Below are positions 27,408-32,000 of a DNA stretch of 32,000 nucleotides, in pieces. The position numbers and the translations under genes are program-made. The number at the start of each line of letters is the position of its first letter. Positions within the stretch are counted from its first letter, which is position 1. The notes beneath the pieces are model-generated. The model saw only the letters and a program-made list of their open reading frames with translations. It was not told where the DNA came from and ran no database searches. Source of the stretch: Geobacter metallireducens GS-15 (GTDB lineage Bacteria; Desulfobacterota; Desulfuromonadia; Geobacterales; Geobacteraceae); contig NC_007517.1 in assembly GCF_000012925.1 (NCBI RefSeq), forward strand, positions 1,080,001 through 1,112,000. Reading direction: 5' to 3'.

Positions 27408-29651
27408 TTATCGCTCTATGTCCAGCTCCCGTTTCTTCTTGTAGAGCAGGCGCACCAGGTCGTACTCGAAGGGGGAGCCGGTCTGGTAGTACCGGAACGG
27501 GATGTTGTGCCGCGTATCAATGGCGTTCACGCCCGTGTAGGCTGATCCCGCGCCGATATTCTGGTCCATGTCCGTTGGCTGGTAGAGGTAGAAATAGCTC
27601 GCCGCGGAATCCCCCACGCGGCCGGTCGTGTCCCGCAGGCTGGAAGGGCCGAAGATCGGCAGCACGATATACGGCCCCTGCTTCAATCCCCACCACCCCA
27701 GCGTCTGGCCGAAATCTTCCTCGTGCTTCGGAAAGCCCAGATCGGTGGCGGGGTCCCACATCCCGCCGATGCCGAGCGTCGAGTTGATGAGGAACCGGGT
27801 AAAGACCGTGGCGGAGGTCTTGGGCCGCAACTGGAGAATCGAATTGGTCAGGTTGCGGACCTCCGAGATGTTGGCGAAGATGCCGGAGATCCGGTCTTGG
27901 AGAAAGACCGGGGTGATGAATTCGTAGGTCCGGGTTACCGGCAGGAACAGGTACTCGTCAAACATGGCGTTAAAGCGGTAGAGCGCCCGGTTCACCGGTT
28001 CGATGGGATCATGCACGTCGATGACGTATGACAGCCCCGGCTTGGCCTCTGAGCGGCGCGGGGCGATGATTTGCCGCGTCCCTGTGGCGGAGGGCTTCGG
28101 ATTTCGCGCCCCTGCCTGTCCGTTCAAAATTCCTGTGGAAATGACGGCCGGGCGGGGTGCGGTAAATGCCTCATTGCGCGGTCCGCCGGAATCCCTCAGT
28201 GGAGGAGCGGCTTCCTGGGACGGAAGCGCGGTTTGCGTCTGCTCCGCCGGCTCGGCACCGGGCTTCATCTCTCTCCCCGCGCCGGCAGCTTCGCCACTAT
28301 CCGGAGCTGTTGTGCCCGTATTTCCGCCAGTTGTCTCCCCCCTGAAGATTTCCAGCATGTGCGCCACGTTCACCCGGTGGTCGATGTTGCCGCAGTGGCC
28401 GCCCCGGGGGTAGATCCTGGCGCGGGAGCCGAACACGTCCTTCAGATAGTCGATGTCTCCCGGCGCCAGGAGCATATCGTCGACGTTATGGACCAGATAG
28501 ACCGACGGGGAATTGCGCAGGAATTGCTCGATGCTCCTGAGGCTGAGTTGTTCGATCAGCTGCCGCTCGGTCATCCCCGGAATCTGTTCCAGGTAGTAGG
28601 GGGCGAGGAGATCCCGGAAATAGTCCAGGAACTTGACCAGATCCGCCACCTTGAAATAGTCGGTCAGGGAGTCGGTTGTGGAGAGTTCGAGGTTTTTCGG
28701 CTTGATGTAGCCGGCATTGGTGAAGACATCGGAAGTGAAGGCCATGTTTGCCACGGCCAGCCGGAATGAAAGGCCGATCAGGGCTGCCAGGTTTTCGTCA
28801 TTGGGCTTTCTGCCCCTGAAGAGGAAATCGCCCGTAAATTCGACCCGTTCGTTCGACTGGTAAATGGCCGTAAAGGCCCTGAAGGCATTGTCGAAGAATT
28901 CCTGGAATTTCTCCTCCCCTCCCGGAATCTTCTTGATCATCTCGTCGAGGACCCCTGCCGCATGGTAGAGGCTCACCGGCGGATTGATGAGGAGCACCTT
29001 GTTGAACCTGAACTGGCTGAGCCGATTGTCCAGTTCGGCCAGAAACGCGGCGTGATCGGCACCGAGGCTGTATCCGGCCAGATCAAAGCCGGTGATCGTC
29101 ACATCTTCACGGACATCACGGGTAATCAGCTCCATGGCCCGGTAGAGGTCCCGGGCGTCTTCCATCAGGAAACCGGGAATACCGCTCCCCGATGCAGCGG
29201 GAATGAAGTTCGGGTGGGTTGCGGAGGGGAGGCAGACCACATGGAATCCCGCCTTGAAAAATACCCGCTGCAGGAACTGTATTTTCGGGTCGTTGTGCCC
29301 GGCCCCCATGCCGGCAATGAGGAAGATGAGTGGTGCCGGCCGGCGCTGGGTGGCAATGGAATAGCGCAGCTTCCTGTCGTACCAGAGGATATCGGGAACC
29401 GGCCGGTCCTCGAATACTGTCACCTCCGGCTCCCTGAAGGGGATTTTCCGCGGCACTTCGGCCTGCAGTTCCTTTGGCGTGCCGATCACGGTGGCGGCGT
29501 ACGGATCGGCAAACGGGTATTCGTAAACTTCTTCCGCCGCGCCGACCGGCGAAACCAGCGTGTGGCAGCAGATGGCCAGCGCCAGCAGCGCGCCGATGAT
29601 CGGGGGAATTGGGCTTCCTTCCCCGCGGATGCGTAACCCCTCGAAGATCAT
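27408..29651 (-). CDS. Fusion protein: secreted/anchored alpha/beta-hydrolase-like domain + low-complexity linker + MlaA/VacJ lipoprotein-family domain
   Basis: 747 aa from MIFEGLRIRG..., with an AAGGAGG RBS 5 nt upstream of ATG 29651. Hydrophobic signal/anchor IIGALLALAICC. Hydrolase motifs LIFLIAGMGAGH, nucleophile elbow GYSLG, NVDDMLL, GGHCGN. A linker of about 100 aa rich in P/A/G/T. C-terminal MlaA-like motifs DPIEPVNRALYRFN, TLGIGGMWDPA, EDFGQTLGWWG, GPYIVLPIFGPSSLRDT. The track ORF start at 29768 has no RBS. Confidence 0.85.
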   Translation of the reverse strand: MIFEGLRIRGEGSPIPPIIGALLALAICCHTLVSPVGAAEEVYEYPFADPYAATVIGTPKELQAEVPRKIPFREPEVTVFEDRPVPDILWYDRKLRYSIATQRRPAPLIFLIAGMGAGHNDPKIQFLQRVFFKAGFHVVCLPSATHPNFIPAASGSGIPGFLMEDARDLYRAMELITRDVREDVTITGFDLAGYSLGADHAAFLAELDNRLSQFRFNKVLLINPPVSLYHAAGVLDEMIKKIPGGEEKFQEFFDNAFRAFTAIYQSNERVEFTGDFLFRGRKPNDENLAALIGLSFRLAVANMAFTSDVFTNAGYIKPKNLELSTTDSLTDYFKVADLVKFLDYFRDLLAPYYLEQIPGMTERQLIEQLSLRSIEQFLRNSPSVYLVHNVDDMLLAPGDIDYLKDVFGSRARIYPRGGHCGNIDHRVNVAHMLEIFRGETTGGNTGTTAPDSGEAAGAGREMKPGAEPAEQTQTALPSQEAAPPLRDSGGPRNEAFTAPRPAVISTGILNGQAGARNPKPSATGTRQIIAPRRSEAKPGLSYVIDVHDPIEPVNRALYRFNAMFDEYLFLPVTRTYEFITPVFLQDRISGIFANISEVRNLTNSILQLRPKTSATVFTRFLINSTLGIGGMWDPATDLGFPKHEEDFGQTLGWWGLKQGPYIVLPIFGPSSLRDTTGRVGDSAASYFYLYQPTDMDQNIGAGSAYTGVNAIDTRHNIPFRYYQTGSPFEYDLVRLLYKKKRELDIER

Positions 29652-29966
29652 CTCAGCCTCCTTGCGTGACGTATGCCCCCTTGCGGTCCACCCCTGCGCG
29701 CTCTGGCCTTTGGCGCGTGAAGAGCCGCCTGCGTGAATGCCGGGCAGTCGAACCATTCTCAGCTTCAAGGGTACACCTCATGGGGAGCAAGACAAGGGCT
29801 GCGGAGCAGTTTCCTTGTGCGGAAACCCGTCCTTGAACATGACAGGCTTTTTTGTGCCTTTCCGGTGGACGGTATGAGGTAATCGCCCGAAATTACTTTA
29901 TACTGTCTCTGACGTCGGTACCTTTCCGCGGCAATGTCGCCGCAATACGATTCACGGGAGCGCCAG

Positions 29967-31022
29967 GTGGCCGGAGCTATTGGATGGGAAAAAGCGATAA
30001 AATCGGGCCGGGTGTGGGGAGCTTTCCTTCTCTGCCTGCTCCTTGTGCCCTGGTCCCAGTCCCACGCAGGGGCCAAGCGGCTCCGGTTGGGGTATTTTCC
30101 GAACATTACCCATGGGCAGGCCCTCTACGCGCGGGCAACCGGCGAACTGGAGAAAATGATGGGCGTCCCCATCGAGTGGATCCCCTTCAATGCCGGGCCG
30201 TCGGTCATCGAAGCCCTGTTCGTCGATGCGCTTGATGCCGCGTTCATCGGCCCCAGTCCGACGATCAACGGGTACATAAAGTCCAAGGGGGAGAAATTCG
30301 TCATTGTGGCGGGCGCTTCCAGTGGCGGAGCAGGGCTGGTGGTGCGAAAGGATTCGGGAATCGGGGGGGAAAAGGATTTTCACGGCAAGGTCATCGCCAC
30401 GCCGCAACTGGGCAACACGCAGGACCTCGCCGCCCGTGCCTGGTTCGCAGCCAAGGGGTACAGGCTCAAGGAAACGGGAGGGACGGTTTCATTGGTTCCC
30501 CTTTCCAACCCTGATCAACTGACCATGTTCAAGAAAAAGCAGATTGACGGGGCCTGGACCATCGAGCCGTGGCTCTCCCGTCTGGAACTGGAGGGTGGGG
30601 GCCGTCTCTTTCTCGATGAGAAAAGCCTCTGGCCCGAGGGACGCTACGTGACCACCCATCTGGTCGTGCATAGAAAATTTCTGGCCGAGAACGAGGAGCT
30701 GGTGAAAAAGCTGCTGACGGCCCATGTGGAACTCACCCAACGGATGAATGCCGACAAGGTGGCAACCGCCAGGCTCCTCAACGGGCAACTGAAGAAAGAC
30801 ACAGGCAAGGAGTTGGAAGGCGAGGTCATCAGCCGGGCCCTCAGTCGTGTGGAATTTACCTGGGATCCCATCGCCCCGTCCATGGCGAAATTGGCTGAAA
30901 TCGCCCATAGGATAAAATTTCTCAGGACAAGTCCCCGACTTGACGGAATCTACGAGCTCAACCCCTTGAATGCGGTGTTACGGCAGAAGAACCTGCCCGA
31001 GGTGAGTGATGGAGTTCGGTAA
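29967..31022 (+). CDS. ABC transporter substrate-binding protein, NitT/TauT (sulfonate/nitrate/taurine-like) family
   Basis: The mature part RLRLGYFPNITHGQALYA..., GPSPTING, ATPQLGNTQDL is typical of SsuA/TauA/NrtA-like binding proteins. GTG 29967 follows GGGAG at 6-nt spacing and gives a Sec-type signal peptide (..KAIKSGRVWGAFLLCLLLVPWSQSHA|GA). ATG 29934 (the track start) is an alternative without an RBS. Confidence 0.85.
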   Translation: MAGAIGWEKAIKSGRVWGAFLLCLLLVPWSQSHAGAKRLRLGYFPNITHGQALYARATGELEKMMGVPIEWIPFNAGPSVIEALFVDALDAAFIGPSPTINGYIKSKGEKFVIVAGASSGGAGLVVRKDSGIGGEKDFHGKVIATPQLGNTQDLAARAWFAAKGYRLKETGGTVSLVPLSNPDQLTMFKKKQIDGAWTIEPWLSRLELEGGGRLFLDEKSLWPEGRYVTTHLVVHRKFLAENEELVKKLLTAHVELTQRMNADKVATARLLNGQLKKDTGKELEGEVISRALSRVEFTWDPIAPSMAKLAEIAHRIKFLRTSPRLDGIYELNPLNAVLRQKNLPEVSDGVR

Positions 31023-31845
31023 CCGAACGAAAACGCAAGCGCCACCGCCGCAAAATGTTTCGGCAAAACCATTGCGGGCGAAGCTGCTGCAGCTTACGAA
31101 TGTTTCGAAGACCTTCCAGAGTGTCACGCAGGCCGTGGAGGCGCTGGCACCCTCCAACCTGGAAATCGAGGAAGGGGAGTTCGTGGTATTCTTCGGCCCC
31201 TCCGGCTGCGGGAAGTCCACTCTCCTCGATATCATTGCCGGTTTCGAAACGCCCACCACCGGAGAAGTCCTCTTTGAAGGCAGCCCCGTCACCATGCCGG
31301 GCAGTGATCGCCTGATGATGTTCCAGGAACACACCTTGTTCCCGTGGCTCAACGTCGTCAGGAACGTCATGTACGGCCTGAAGCACAAACGGGAATTCCG
31401 GTTCCGCCTCAGGAAACAGCGCGAGACCGCACGCTCGTGGCTCAAGATGATCGGGTTGGAGGAATTCGAGACATCCCTGGTCCATGAGCTCTCAGGGGGG
31501 ATGAAGCAGCGGGTGGCGCTGGCCCGGGCCCTGGCCCCCGATCCGAAAGTGCTGCTTGTCGATGAGCCGTTTCCCGCCCTCGACGCCCTGGTCCGGACAA
31601 AGCTGTACGCCGATCTGCAGGACATCCTGGTCCGTACCGGCAAGACCATCATCTCCGTTACGCACGATCCGCGGGAGGCCGCGTGCCTGGCGGACCGCGT
31701 CCTGGTTTTCACGCCGCGGCCCGGCAGGGTCCAGAAGGAAATCCGCGTGAACCTGCCGCGGCCGAGGGATATCAACGATCAGGAAGTGGGTGAATACGCC
31801 AGCCGGATCATGGAAGAACTGGAGAACCCTCCCGATGAAAAGTGA
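31006..31845 (+). CDS. ABC transporter ATP-binding protein (NitT/TauT family)
   Basis: Walker A GPSGCGKST, Q-loop, signature LSGGMKQR, Walker B LLVDEPF, H-loop VTHD. The start is GTG 31006 or ATG 31009, after GAGGTG. Overlaps the stop of the binding-protein gene. Confidence 0.93.
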   Translation: MMEFGNRTKTQAPPPQNVSAKPLRAKLLQLTNVSKTFQSVTQAVEALAPSNLEIEEGEFVVFFGPSGCGKSTLLDIIAGFETPTTGEVLFEGSPVTMPGSDRLMMFQEHTLFPWLNVVRNVMYGLKHKREFRFRLRKQRETARSWLKMIGLEEFETSLVHELSGGMKQRVALARALAPDPKVLLVDEPFPALDALVRTKLYADLQDILVRTGKTIISVTHDPREAACLADRVLVFTPRPGRVQKEIRVNLPRPRDINDQEVGEYASRIMEELENPPDEK

Positions 31846-32000
31846 GCAGACCAAAAGGGCAGCCATTGCCGTGGTGCTCTTCTACGTGCTGATTTTCGCC
31901 CTCTGGCAACTGCTGTTCACAGCCGGCATGATTCCGGAATACCTGTTCCCTTCTCCCGTCCAGGTGGCAAAGCGGTTGTGGGAACTGGGGGCGGACGGCT
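31835..32000 (+). CDS. ABC transporter permease, N-terminal fragment (runs off the window)
   Basis: The ATG at 31835 overlaps the ATPase stop by 11 nt. Translation is MKSEQTKRAAIAVVLFYVLIFALWQLLFTAGMIPEYLFPSPVQVAKRLWELGADG, a TM helix plus the LFPSP motif typical of SsuC/TauC-type permeases. It is not in the ORF track because no stop lies within the window. Confidence 0.75.
   Translation, partial: MKSEQTKRAAIAVVLFYVLIFALWQLLFTAGMIPEYLFPSPVQVAKRLWELGADG

Noticed and set aside
23841-29651. SNF2 helicase plus neighbouring hydrolase gene as a two-gene anti-phage defence island
   Set aside because: The genes are convergent and separated by a bidirectional terminator. The hydrolase ORF carries an envelope-targeting signal and an MlaA domain. 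There are no nuclease, methylase or integrase genes, no tRNA flank and no compositional island signature.
29735-29760. tRNA T-loop-like GGTTCGA string on the minus strand
   Set aside because: There is no flanking T-stem complementarity, acceptor stem or anticodon arm, and it lies in the untranslated or extended-ORF region of the hydrolase gene. It is not a tRNA.
29900-30011. Possible guanidine riboswitch (ykkC or mini-ykkC) in the ABC transporter leader, prompted by the ACGA and ACGG tetranucleotides at about 29947-29958
   Set aside because: The conserved ykkC blocks (CUAGGGUUCCG, GGUCCGAGAG, GGGA-AAAGCC-GGGAG) are absent. The two ACGR motifs are flanked only by weak 3-bp AU-rich stems, and part of this region is probably coding.

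Overview
High-GC (about 60% by eye) chromosomal segment, almost fully coding and mostly on the + strand. Gene content looks Geobacter/Desulfuromonadales-like; that assignment comes from gene content and memory, not from a search. Gene order is as follows. (1) pilM-pilN-pilO-pilP-pilQ, the type IV pilus alignment complex plus secretin, followed by a hairpin. (2) aroC-aroK-aroB, a TPR protein, a Roadblock/LC7 protein, aroQ and an M24 Xaa-Pro peptidase. (3) accB-accC plus a tightly coupled GcvH-like gene and a terminator. (4) An MqnA-like gene and a membrane PAS-GGDEF-EAL protein. (5) On the minus strand, a NUDIX hydrolase and a small 8-Cys PxxKW-type protein that has its own promoter and terminator. 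(6) A phosphohexomutase, then a 131-nt imperfect inverted repeat and a terminator. (7) nifU-nifS. (8) A long-form UbiD-family decarboxylase and a SWIM/SNF2 helicase. (9) On the minus strand, one ORF fusing an alpha/beta-hydrolase module to an MlaA/VacJ module. (10) A NitT/TauT-type ABC transporter: binding protein, ATPase and a truncated permease. I saw no rRNA, tRNA, CRISPR array, transposase or integrase. This is mainly a housekeeping region and I could not identify a clear multi-gene novel system. The items most worth follow-up are the hydrolase::MlaA fusion, the TPR + Roadblock/LC7 pair inside the pil-aro operon, the low-GC 3' segment of pilQ, the PxxKW cysteine-rich gene, the long inverted repeat before nifU, and the accBC-coupled GcvH paralog. 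Many long ORFs in the six-frame track are antisense shadows of real genes. Several track ORFs are also over-extended at the 5' end, and I give revised starts for those.
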